Part shown: in pieces, positions 26,265 to 39,300 of the stretch
Layout: each line of letters starts with the position of its first letter
Position numbering within the stretch: the first letter of the stretch is position 1
Assembly: GCA_051362555.1 (NCBI GenBank)
Contig: CM120641.1
Span: 16,306,001 to 16,370,000, forward strand
Origin: Lingula anatina
Lineage: Eukaryota > Animalia > Brachiopoda
Length of the DNA: 64,000 nt
Direction of reading: 5' to 3'
Made by a program: the position numbers and the translations under genes
Notes under the pieces: generated by a model
What the model was told of the DNA's origin: nothing
What the model saw: only the letters and a program-made list of their open reading frames with translations
Databases searched by the model: none

Positions 26265-29200
26265 CTAACTTTCTTTGGCTTTTGAAGGTGTAGACCTCAC
26301 CGAATGGCTGAAATATAAATTAGCAAAAACAGCTTTGTATTTCAACGTAATTCTTATCAAAAGGATGTCATCTTAACATTACCATTAAAGTTCAACCAAA
26401 AAAAAGAAACTGGATTACGTACATTACGGGCACTTGAATTGTCAGTTCATAATGAATGATCATTTTCCCTCTTTTCAATTATTTGAAGAAAAAATCGGTG
26501 GTAAACAGTAGGAAACGGGACTTTACCTGCTGTGCTTTTCTACTGACAAATCGCCCGGCGTTTTCTTGGATGCCACACTTGCGACACTAGGAACACTAAT
26601 AGTGCTACCCTTCTGAGTCATGCTACCGATAGTAGCTACACTATCTTTTAGGCTCACGACCGAGTTAGTTTGGCTCTTCAAGAGGTGCTCTGAAAACTCT
26701 CTCTCGGCTTCTTCGCGTAACTTTGATGCAACTGATGATGCTGATCCTAGGACTAATAATAATTATTATAATAAGTATATACAGTCTAAATCAGTCATAA
26801 AATGTGGTAAAATGGAATCCTGATAAGAGTAATTAATAAATTCCGTTTCATTCTCACATATGTAAGATGATAACATTCACCGGATACCTTTGTTGTGTCT
26901 AAAACTTACTGGAAAAACAACTACCTACCAGGGTCACAGAGTTCTGAAATCTCATCTTCTTTCTTCACGGTAGATTCAACTGAATCGAAATATTTATATA
27001 CCATAAAGGCTCCATTGTACATTCGATTCCATGGTATTATTAGAACATGTCTCTACCCACTTTAAAGTTTTAAATTATAATTATCGTAAATCTGAAATAC
27101 CATTCTAAAACAAAGCAACATGTTCAGCTAAAGGCCCGTACGTACCACTAGCTCTGCTTCTCGAGCTCAGACTGGCACCAGAGCGCTGATGAACAGACGC
27201 CAGAGACCGGTGAGAAGACATCTGTTTTATGCTGCTCCTAGAATCACCTTTTATGGATTTCTTGGAACCTTTTGACATCAGAGATTCCTTGGACGCACCA
27301 AGGCTATCGCTTGAGGGGCCCGTCAAATTGATCTTCACACTTTTCTTAGATCCAGGGACTGACCCAGTCACACTTTGCTTTGATCTGCTCTTAACTGAAG
27401 TCTGCAGATTGTGAAACGGATAATTTCAAAATGTTGTCAATGGATAGAAAGCAAAAATAATGATTTCAGTTATGACGTCTGGGAAAATGAAAACATAACA
27501 GCACAACATCTATGGTTGGACCCACAGCCGTTGTACAGACTGAAATTGGACTTTATCTGAGATGTGTAAAATGAATGTTGCTACAATATCTCAATGTGTG
27601 TTAAAATTACAAAAGGAGACCGGGCTGCACTGACAAACTAAACTTGCCTTAGATGATTTCGCCTTTTGATCTAATGTCTCCTCTTCTTCTGCTTTCGGTC
27701 CGTCTAACCTGAGTAACAAAAATATATAGTCATTTTCCATTAAAGTTTTCTCTAGAAAGTACATAATAATATTTAAAAATCATTAGAATTATTTCTAGTT
27801 AGGGTTGGCGATCACTGTTTTGACATGAAACACTACCTTTCATATTTAGCGTCTGATTTCTTTCTCTTGTTTGCTCTTTCTGCAAGTTTGCCATAAAAGT
27901 TGAATTTCCGGGTGCTGAAATAAAATGAAATGACAAAAAATATATAAACTTGGAATTCATTTCTCCGGCGGTACGCTCTACTCCATACCCGTAAAAAATG
28001 CACGATGTTATACACTATGTTTTACGCTAATTATGATATAAATGTATCAGTAAACGTAAAAAAAAGACTAGTCTTTAAATAATTAATACATGCTAATACA
28101 AACATACATTTGCCTCATGTATCCTAGTCGTTGCAGCATGAACAGCACCAAAGCAAGGACTGCTAACAATACACTAACCACTATTACAGAAATCTGGGGC
28201 AACTCCGCGGAGAAAGACATCACTGACAACGAGAGAAGACAAATAATCATAAAAATAAATTAATAAATTAATAAATTTAACTATCAATTATCATTATAAT
28301 TTTCTTTTCACTAATGAAATGTATCTATTATAAAGAACAAATAATTTTTTTTACTTTTATCAACTCATTATATAGATGATTTTCAATTTTACCTTTTTTT
28401 CGTCATATTTAAAGATTTTGTACAAGGAAAATATTTTAGTTTTTATTATATTTACTCTAAACATTTAAAGGACCCATTACACAAACCAAAATGTTATTAA
28501 CTTTTATAAATATTTAAGGAATCCTGCCTTCACCTACCCATTTCGTAGGGGTGATACGTGACTCCGAATGACCGTAAAATCGTGGCAGTGTTCCTGAAGG
28601 TGACCAAGCATGCGTAGATCCCCGTGTTGGCATCCGTGTGACTCGGGCGGAGCCGGAGAACACTCACATTACCAAAACCCGGCTCCTAAAAGGACAAAAT
28701 TGTGATTCAACAAAGCGACAAAAGACATGAATAACAATCATGGTGAATTAGCTACAACAAACAAAAATCTTTTTTGAAATTTAGTGTGCGAAATAGTTTT
28801 ATCGATATAATTAAAGTGCTTCGGAATTTCTTTACGTTACCTCCAGGAGAGTCATATGGTCATTCAGTACCAATTTTTGGTTGCCTCTCAACCACTCCAC
28901 GTGCACATGTTCGTTCTTCTTGGCTTTTAACACCATCTCTGTGTAGTCGCATCGCAGGTCTATCACTGTCTCCTCATTCTCAAACAGCTCATTATAATGT
29001 ACTGGTCATACAGTAAATAGGAAAGGAATTCATCAGGCCTACCCAACTACCAGACTCGGCACCTAAGGATCCTGAATTAACCGGTATATCGGACCACGCT
29101 ACCCGTTTTCAAGGTGTGTGTCAGATCGCATTTCGGAGTATCATACCCCAGAACAAATTTTGTAGCACGACTGCAGGCTCATCCACGCTCAGCTGAACAA

Positions 29201-32200
29201 CAATAAACTGTACTCTTACTTTAGAGTACTCTATTTTATTGTCTCTATGGGGATATATGGGGACTTAACGACATTCGGTTTGAATGTTTTAACCACTTTT
29301 GATAGGGCGTTTTTTGCATTGTATTAGAGTAATGTGGCAGTCTAAGGTTCATCTAGGTGGCTTTCAAATTTATGCACCCGGTTTTAAAATCATAGCGAAT
29401 TACGACAATCGTTTACTATCCAATCAAGGTGACAGCCGAGCATGCCAGGGCTCATCCTGTCGGTGTTCTGGCTGATACTCCGAAATGCGATCTGACACAC
29501 ACCTTGAAAACGGGTAGTGTGGCCCGATATACCGGTTAATTCAGGATCCTTAGGTGCCGAGTCTTGTAGTCTGGTAGGCCTGTTCATGGTATTTGTGATA
29601 CATGAATACACCGGTACAAACCCAAGAACGTTATTATAACGTTACCGTGATATATATACACCGTTATATAACCAAAAACGTTATGGTTACGTTATGGTAA
29701 CGCTAAAAAGCGTTCTATTTTTTGCTGGGAACAATATAGGATCTAATCGCAGTTATAGAGATCTACAGTCATTCCTTACCTGCGACGCTAGCCCCTACGC
29801 CATTGAAGTGACCGTACCGTCCACGTAACAACCGCCTCTTCATCGAATAAACCCTGCCATTTAGGATGATCTGTTCGATGATTCCAACAAATCCGGAGTT
29901 CACTTTACCAGCAGTGGTAAAGACTGTCCAATCTGTGTTACTACCTCCACCAATGTAAACTTTACCTCTGATTGTGAATGGTTGTCCTTGGACGGTCAAC
30001 TGGTTGGCTTCATTGCCGTTTATATGGAATTTCGCGGTGTTCCCTGCGATGTTAATGTCTACAAAATACCAGGAATTCACCTAAAAAACGAAACAAACGG
30101 TCCGCATTAACAAATAACACACGTTTGTAAAATGGCCACTGCAGGCACTGAATAATTACATTAATTTCTTGGGGATATATAATATTCTTAGGTTCGCCAA
30201 AGATTAACAATACATTGTATAAGTTAATTACATATTTACATATACATATATGCGAGAGATTTAATTATAAAAATGACATTTTTAGTGGTCGAAATTGTAA
30301 CATTAATAACTCAATATTACCTTTAACTCTATCCCACTTTTTCGGCACGTCCGATCCACTTTGAGATTTATACAGAGCTCAAGTTTCCCCTTTCTTATCA
30401 TCACAGAGGCATAAGAACCGCTGACCATTCCCGGCACGAAGGCAATCAGCCCGGTCAGGTTTACTGGCTTCATAACGAGGGACAACTGAAAATGGGTTCC
30501 ATTTGGAGCAGACGACAGTGGCAAGTATGAGCTGCCGTTAAACGATGGGTAAACTGCTTCGACATCTAAAAGATACAAGTATCATCAAAATGATAATAAC
30601 AAATTGGGGACAAAATGTTCTGCGATTGCATGAACAGATTTGTTATTTTGAGAATTAACTGAAACAACATACATTTTTTCAATAAATGATATGTAAATCC
30701 AAATATATATAACTGCATAACGGTGTCATTTATGAAAAGAAAAAAAATGAGTTTAGAACATCTGAGTTTGCATACAGAGATGCTACAAGGAAAGGCACGA
30801 AACAAACCCTGGGATGGCACTTATACCTGCACTCATACCTGCTTTAGTCTTTTTCACATTGGCTTTTTTATCCGGGTTGCCATACCCATGCCAATGCCGA
30901 TCCCTAGACAGTGAAAATTTTTTGTAATTCACTCGGAGATCTGCAATCTTTCCCTCAAACCCTAAAAAGACAAAGATTTATTTAGAACGAAAGACATAAA
31001 CAAGAACAAAAAAGTAATTTAAACTTTTCCAAAAATTAAATCCACGAATAACTCCGTTCTTTGAGTGAATTTAAAAAGTAGTTTTAACACGTTCAGTCAA
31101 GATCATCAGCATTAAAACCCTTATTGGTAATGATGAGTGTGTGTACCTTGTGTCTTTGACTGACTGTCCGGAGCGACTCCGCCCAGGGTTAAGGGAAGAT
31201 CATAATCTATCATTTCTAGATCAACATTAAACTTCGCACTTATCTGTTCCCTGTCGTCCACCTCCATCATACCACGCTTGCCAATCAGTGAAATCAAGAC
31301 GTTGTGCCAAACGCCAGTCTACAAACAGTCCACAGAAGACGCAAAAGTTATTATTTTTTCAATATGAGCTAATCTTATCTATTAGCTGATCTTTTAGATG
31401 ATCTGATTCTTATCTACTGTAAGAAGTATTTAAAACGTTTTTGGCCAAGAGCAACGCGCTAAAATCCTAGTTTAATCGCAAGTTTTCATACAAGTTAAAA
31501 CTATAAAATTGATCAGTCGCTCACCTTTAATTTTTCTTTGCTAAGCAGCTTCATTTTTTGTCCAACCATGTCAACCTTCAGACACAAGACGCCGTCTTTA
31601 AGCGAAAGTTCAAAGCTGTCCGCACACTTGTCCGACGTGCAGTTGGCACTATGCCCGTGAAGCAAGACGCCCTCTCCGGACGAGGGATTGAACCGAATGA
31701 AGCTGTAAAGGACATGACTGACGATATCGTTGGGAGGGTACTGCAGGAACCCTTCTCCCTTGAACACCAATGCCAATTCACCAGGGTCTAAAATAAACCA
31801 CGACGGTATTAACTTAAAAGCAAAACCCACTGTTCTGTCTATTTTTATTTATTATTATTATTACATATCTTTTTGTATTTGATTGACTGGGTCTAAAAAC
31901 AATTGAACATATTGATAAAACATCACAACGGGTTAAGTTGTATGACAAATTCAAAAGGCATAGAAAAACAGCAGTCTATACAAAATTTTCTATATAAAGT
32001 AATTAAAATCCGATTAGATATATTAAAATGTACCTACCGCCACATGGCCTTCTGAAGCAGTGAGAGAGATCGGCGCCTAACCCAATACATCTCTTCCCTG
32101 TCCCGACGGGTGCTGGGTCGGTACAAGTGCGGTCCCTTATACGAACTCCGATATCACACTTCCTAGAACACTTCGCCCAGCTGCTCCAGGCTGCCCACTG

Positions 32201-35200
32201 CCCTTTAACTGAAGTCCAAAATGTTTGACTCAAGAAAATCTCAGACATCTTATTTCAACAAAAACTTACTTGAGTGGCACCTTAAGTACTTGGAGGAAAT
32301 ATGTAGTACTCAAAACAGTTTCATTTGAATGCATAACTAAAATTTTATGAGAACACACTGATAAGAGCTTTAAAACAGCAAAGTCGAATATTTCTGACAA
32401 ATAAAGCCTTTTTTAAATTGCATCAGATACTTTGGTTAAGTTTGAGCGATAAAAACAAATCTCGTTCTCATAAAGTTATATTTGAGGATAAATATGAATA
32501 CACATTTGCATTACTTTTGTTTTTAATACAGTGAGAAGAAACAACGCCACAGAAGCTCTTACATACCTGGACAGGGTCTCGGGTGACAGGGGACAGTTTG
32601 CGTGGATGCCTCTACACAAACGTGACTTTTTTCACCAGAGTTTGTGGAGCATTTCCTCGAACGCGATTTCTTGCTAGGTCCGCACGTTTTAGAGCATTCT
32701 GTCCACTTGGACCATTTGGTCCACGTCGAGGAAATGTCTGGAAGGGAAATGAAAGTCGATTGAATAGAAGAACAGAATAGATCAAACTCCTGGCATTATG
32801 TTGTATTTTTGCACAGTGAGAGAAGATTGCGTTCTTATTTTCGCTGAAACGAGTCCAAAGACCCCCTAATAGATCCTTTTTTTACCAACTAAGTGCCTGA
32901 TTGAGACAGGGATAAGTAGAGAATGGGGTTCAGAAAGACATATATATGTTGATCGCCATCAATCTGGCTTATATCAAATTAGTTGAGTACAGATATAAAT
33001 TCGGTATCAAATGATATGAAATCACCTTTACTGCACTCGGGCATGGTACATTTCTTCCGTTGATGGTCGTCGCCAACACAGGTACCTCCTAGTAATGGCA
33101 GTGGAGAGTCGCACTTTCTGTATCTCGTACGATGCCCAGTACCGCATGTCACACTGCACGGATTCCACCCTAGCCATTCGCTCCAATCACCTTCAACTGA
33201 ACACATATATGTATTTCAAGATTAAAACTTATATACAAGCAGTAGGTACAAGCAAAGTTTCAGACTGTGACAATTTATACGTGATATAGTTCAGCTGAGA
33301 AATCGGGAATAAGGCTGTCGTTGTGTCACTTAAAAAAGAAGGATTTAGAAAAAAATTGAAATTAGAAAAAAAACTCACATTTGATCAAGTTACAAAGTTT
33401 CTGTTGCCATTTTATTTCAACTTTTGCTGCTCCTGTTTTGGGATCAAAACCCAAATAAGTGAGTTCTAAACCACTGATTCTTATCACCTTTCAAATGATT
33501 GTTAATTCCCTGTAAGCATACCTGGGCACGCCATGGTGTTACAGAACTGGAAATCACGTATTTCTCCCTTGCACGGGAATTTTCTTTTCAGGCAGGATCT
33601 TGTCCTAGTGCGGGTGCCACCGTCACAGGACGCAGAACACTTCGTCCATTCTGACCATGCTGTGTGTGGCTCTTTTGAAGGCAGTGGCTTGTATTTGGAG
33701 GAGCCTTTAGCTAGTATGTCTGCTGACTTCGATATGTTCTTTATAACGGGAGATTCCTAATTTAAATCGGAAATTAAAAATATGTAAATAAAAATGGTTC
33801 GTAAAGGATTCGCAATGTGACACACTTGCATGAGCAATAACGAGGACACCTAATTGTTGAATAAATAACCCCCCTCCAAAATAGTAAATAAATAAATAGA
33901 TAAAGTGATTAAAATAGATATTACACATATAAATAGCTCCCAGAAGCTTTGTCATTATTTCTCTGGGAGTACATGATCATACTGAATATTTAAGGTACAC
34001 TCCATGCGTTTGAAAATTCCCCAAACGCTTATTTTTGCCATCCACAGCTTCTAATAAAACCTAACATACACCTTAAAAACGACATTTAACCCCATAACTG
34101 TACCTGATGTTGATATTTACATACGAACATATAGTAGGAAGATGATTGCTGGTTATAATGACAGGTCAGTCATTTTGAAGTAAGTCAAATTTTAAACTAT
34201 CTTAATCTAATCTCAAATCTTAAACTAATCAACTAATCCAAGTGCAAAGAAATAAAGACAAATAATTCATGAGTACGGAAAATAGCTTATTTCCCGGGAA
34301 AATCCAATTTGGCGAGAAAATCCCATGGAGTTGCCCTGTAAGAAAAAAAAAACCTATACCTTTGTTGTTGGGACTTCTTTGATTGTGCTTTTTGTGTTCA
34401 GTGTAGTGGTTGTTTTATCTGGTGGATTTTCCTCTTCATCAGCAAGTGCGTTCACTTTTTCTTTTTCTTTTCCTTCGTTCAAGAAATAATCTTCGTTCTT
34501 GTTCTCTCCGTCACCACCACCATCATTTTCTTTTTCTTTATTGTTGTCCTCGTCACCATCGCCATCATCGTCTCTTTTAACTATAAAGATAATGCAACTC
34601 ATTATTTAAACCCGCTATTATAATCCAGCGAATAACAACACTGAAGTAGTGAAATGTGAATATGTGAAATGTCAAATCGTATATCTATAAAAGGAAAAAT
34701 AACATTCACTTACTATACCAACTGCTCAAAACGCTAATATGACTTTAGTTAAAGTCACTGCATAATAAGTAGTACACAATGGCTTTTTAAAAACCTAAAC
34801 AAGTTTTTCTCTAGGCCACAAGGTACCGGTTTTTATGTGCAGTCGGCATGTTATACCGAAACCATAGAAATGTGGGCTTTGGGTTGTCTTTCTACTCGGT
34901 ACAATGTAGATAGGCTTATCATATGACAATCTGACATTACTCACCTCTCGGTTTCTTTTCCTTTCCAAGAATCCTGAAAATACTTTCCTCGTCATCACTG
35001 ACTTTCCCTCCCGTATCCGTACAGGGCAATTTGCATTTCTTCATCTTCACTTCGTCTCCAACGCACCACTCGCTACTAAGCTCATCAATGACGGTAGCGT
35101 TGCATATACGAAGACGACCCTTGCGTCCAGTGCCGCATTTTGCTGAACACGCCGTCCACGCCGACCATTGGCCCCATCTTCCTTTCACTTTAATATACAC

Positions 35201-35739
35201 ATTTTTTAAAAATCTTTTTACATGAATCTCACTCTATTCCCCCGCCCCTTTTTTTTGCTTTGGACATCTTAACAGGTTCACTATTTGCACTTTATTCTGT
35301 TACATCGTTTCTGCTTCCCTGTTTTTGACGGTAGGGATCACATTTGTAACTATTCGTCCTTCAATCAAATCAAATCAAAACACAGAATTTCCCGTTTGTA
35401 GTTTAACAAAATACGCAAATGATATCTAATTGTGTTCTGAAAACAGTATAAATTTTCACCTGGGCATAATCCGCCATAACATGGTTTAAAATGCAACAAC
35501 TCTTGCACGGGCTTCCCGTTCACTGTACATATTCCACCTCCATAGCATTCCCGCTTGGACACCCTTAAACCATAACTGCCGCATGAGATTGAACACTCTG
35601 AGAAAGCGGACCAGTCGCTTAACTTACTGACGAGTATACCTAAAAGTGGAAGACGTATTATAACATTTGTATGCCACTGAAGTTTTCCTAAGGGGGATGT
35701 CCCATTTAAAATTATACCACTGATCTTAATGATGTTAAT

Positions 35740-35804
<65 letters not shown>

Positions 35805-36287
35805 TACACACACGTGTGCGAGAGAGTATATATCACTTTGGTGTATTACTACCTTCCTTTGGGCAATCGTCTCCTACACAATCTGTCTCTTGAAAGCTGC
35901 GCCCAGTACAATATGCGCCACCATTAGTTGGCTTAGGTTCATCGCACGATCTGGTCCTCTGCCTTAGGCCTGGGCCACACTTGGTGGTACAACCACTCCA
36001 GGCGCTCCACTTACTCCACTTGCCGTCCACGGCGCACGCACGTTTATATTTATAGCAAATCAGTGCAGACCAGTATTCATCCTAGGATAAATGAAACTAG
36101 AGGATCAGAGAGGCGATACCGCCTCCGGATATTGTACCACCAGCTGGAGTAAGCACATTCGTATGGACCCCCCCCCCCAAAAAAAAAAGGGACACCACCA
36201 CCAGTCTTGTGCTTGACAAGCTCTATAAAATGCAATCAACAAGAATTCTCAAAATATGCAAAAAAAAAAAAAAAAAAATAAATAAAT

Positions 36288-36319
<32 letters not shown>

Positions 36320-39300
36320 AATAATAATAACTAAAAATGGTACAATCAAAGTTCAGGGGCCGGTTTCACAAAGCAGTAGTTAGTTAGCGATCGGTAGTTA
36401 GCCTATCGCTAGTTATGAGTGCCGTTTCACGAAGCAATCGCTAGTTCTCTCGCTCGTTATTGTCTCGTTGTTACCTTGGATATTTAATTACTGGTCAGAC
36501 CAGTCGCTAACTCTAGAGTTTCATCGTGCGCTTGCGTAATGAGTGAAATAAAAAGGTTGCTTAGTTACCGTTGTCTGTCGTTTGTCTTTGTATCCAATAT
36601 GGCGGCTACCTTTCTTGCTAACCGTACCGCCAGACGGCAACGTAGACTACGACGTTTTCATGAAAGGCAGAATCTATTAGCATATACACACGATGATGCA
36701 ATTTACGAGAGGTTGCGCCTAGCTGTGACAAAAAGAGCGGCAAAAAGGTGGTGGAGATCCTTTACGACGACCTCAAAGCAGACGTTCTTATGCATTTCCA
36801 GCCACCAAAAATTGGAGAGTTAGTGCTTTCGTGACACTTTTACGCAAGAGTTCCACTTCCGGCAGACGGTTTCGAGACTACGGTGAGTAACGAGAGAACT
36901 AGCGAAAGAAGTTTACGACTGAACTTAGCGATAAGTTAACTACTGCTTCGTGAAACACCCCTCGAAAATCGCTAAGTTGGCTCGATAGCGAGGTAGTTCA
37001 GTAGTTAGTTGTTCTAACTAACTACTGCTTTGTGAAACCGGCCCCAGTTCATCGTAAAAAGTAGGTCAAAGGTCAATTTTACGGTCACAGTAAATTGCCA
37101 GTATATGACTTCCTATTCAAGTTCAATAGTAATTATGGACCTATCTCTGCCAGTTTTGGAGATAAAAGGAAACGAAAATTGCAAAGTTCAATTCATGATG
37201 AAAAGTAGGTCAAAGGTCAATTTCAAGGTCACACTTAGATTGCCAGTATATGACTTCCTATTCAACTTCAATAGTAACTATGTATCTTTGCCAGTTTTGG
37301 AGATAAAAGGGAACGAAAATTTGCAAAGTTCAGTTTATGGTGAAAAGTAGGTCAAAGGTCAATTTCAAGGTCACACTTAGATTGCCAGTATATGACTTCC
37401 TATTCAACTTCAATAGTAACTATGTATCTTTGCCAGTTTTGGAGATAAAAGGGAACGAAAATTTGCAAAGTTCAGTTTATGGTGAAAAGTAGGTCAAAGG
37501 TCAATTTTAAGGTCACAGTAAATTGCCTCTAATGACTTTCTATTCAAATTCAATAGTAACTATGGGCGTATCTTTGCCAGTTTTGAAATATAAGCATTAA
37601 AAAGTTGCAAAGTTCAGTTTATGGTGTAAAATAGGTCAGAGGTCAATTTCAAGGTCAGAGTAAGATTACCAGTATATGACTTCCTATTCAACTTCAATAG
37701 TAACTATGGACCTATCTTTGCCAGTTTTGGAGATAAAAGGAACCAAAATTTGCAAAGTTCAATTCATGATGAAAAGTAGGTCAAAGGTCAATTACAAGGC
37801 CACAATTAAATTGCCAGTATGTGACTTCCTATTCAAGTTCAATAGTAACTATGGACCTATCTCTGCCAGTTTTGGAGATAAAAGGGAACAAAAATTTGCA
37901 AAGTTCAATTCGTGATGAAAAGTAGGTCAAAGGTCAATTACAAGGCCACAATTAAATTGCCAGTATGTGACTTCCTATTCAAGTTCAATAGTAACTATGG
38001 ACCTATCTCTGCCAGTTTTGGAGATAAAAGGGAACAAAAATTTGCAAAGTTCAGTTCATGGTGAAAAGTAGGTCAAAGGTCAATTACAAGGCCACAATTA
38101 AATTGCCAGTATGTGACTTCCTATTCAACTTTAATAGTAACTATGGACCTATCTTTGCCAGTTTTGGAGATATAAGGGACTAAATGTTATAAATTTGGAG
38201 TTACAATAATGTGCCATAAATTTCGTACAGAAAAAATTAATCAAAATAAAGAAAAGGTCATTTTGGTTGAAATTCTTGAAATGGGAGGTGCTCTGTAGTT
38301 CCAGATGTTCAAATTTCATGAAATAATGTCATTTTTGACCAGAAGTTGTCTGCCTCGCCAAGCCTTATGTTTTATTTTCCCGGGGTTCAAAATTTATTAT
38401 CCATTACCATACTCCACATTTTGCTTTCACCACCACTATGTACTTTTTGATACAGCATAACTCGAATTCTGTATGGAATACAAAAAAACGGGGACCACCT
38501 CCAGTTGGGCTTTACATGCTCTACAAAATGCAAAAAAGAATGGGTCTCTAGCATTAACGGTTCCCAAATTAGAGACAATTTTCAGTTTCGGTATCTTATG
38601 GCCGCTACTCCCGTGTAAATGCACCGAATGACCCCAAATCGAGATGAAAGATGACCCGAAGGGTGACACTTTCCAATAATATTATTGGTTAAGTCTGTGT
38701 AGTTTCTGAATATCAGCGCAAATAATTTTTTTTCGTAAAAAAATTCGTTTTTTTTTTTAATTTTGGCCCGTTTGACCTTGGGCATATTTGAAATCTCCAC
38801 ATATTCCTTTCGGTCAGCCGTCTGTAGAAATTTTTCCCATAATTCCTTCCGAAGGGTGGATAATGAGCATTTAATTTTGCCATTTTTGGACAAGGTTACA
38901 TTGCAATGAGCGCCACACCCAGACCCCAGCACCGACGAAGCCCACATTTTACGTGGAACGAGTTGAGATTATACGTGACCTAAATCCAAGAGATGGGTGT
39001 GCAGGCCCTTGTAGGCTAGGAGGAGAAGCGGTAACGGTGACATGGTTACGGAGCCGGCGGAGCCAGCGGAACGGACCGGACGGGACTAAAACCATGTGTA
39101 CCGCCAGCGCCTACGCTGGTGGTACAATTATATCTAGTTGCTTTGTTTCGAAAAATGTTTTTAACATTGTTTAAAACATGCTTTTCAATTAGGTTTGCTT
39201 ACGCAATCTATAAATGGACGTACATGTAGATATATTTTCTTGTCCGGTTTTTAATTTTCAAAAAAAAAAAAAAAAAAAAAAAAATTAAGAAGTTTGTTAT

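Larger units (their letters stand above)
36094..39129 (+). mobile_element. Helentron-associated interspersed element (HINE/DINE-1-like) with internal satellite
   Basis: 5' aactag...attgtaccaccagc subterminal repeat matches 3' gctggtggtacaat. Terminal hairpin tgtaccgccagc-gcctac-gctggtggtaca, (acgg)-like microsatellite near 39070, central tandem array. Confidence 0.8.

Noticed and set aside
37047-38180. Regular repeats resembling a CRISPR array, and ORFs 37105-37350 and 37676-37915
   Set aside because: Whole units repeat with no unique spacers, the context is eukaryotic and there are no cas genes. The ORFs are satellite by-products.
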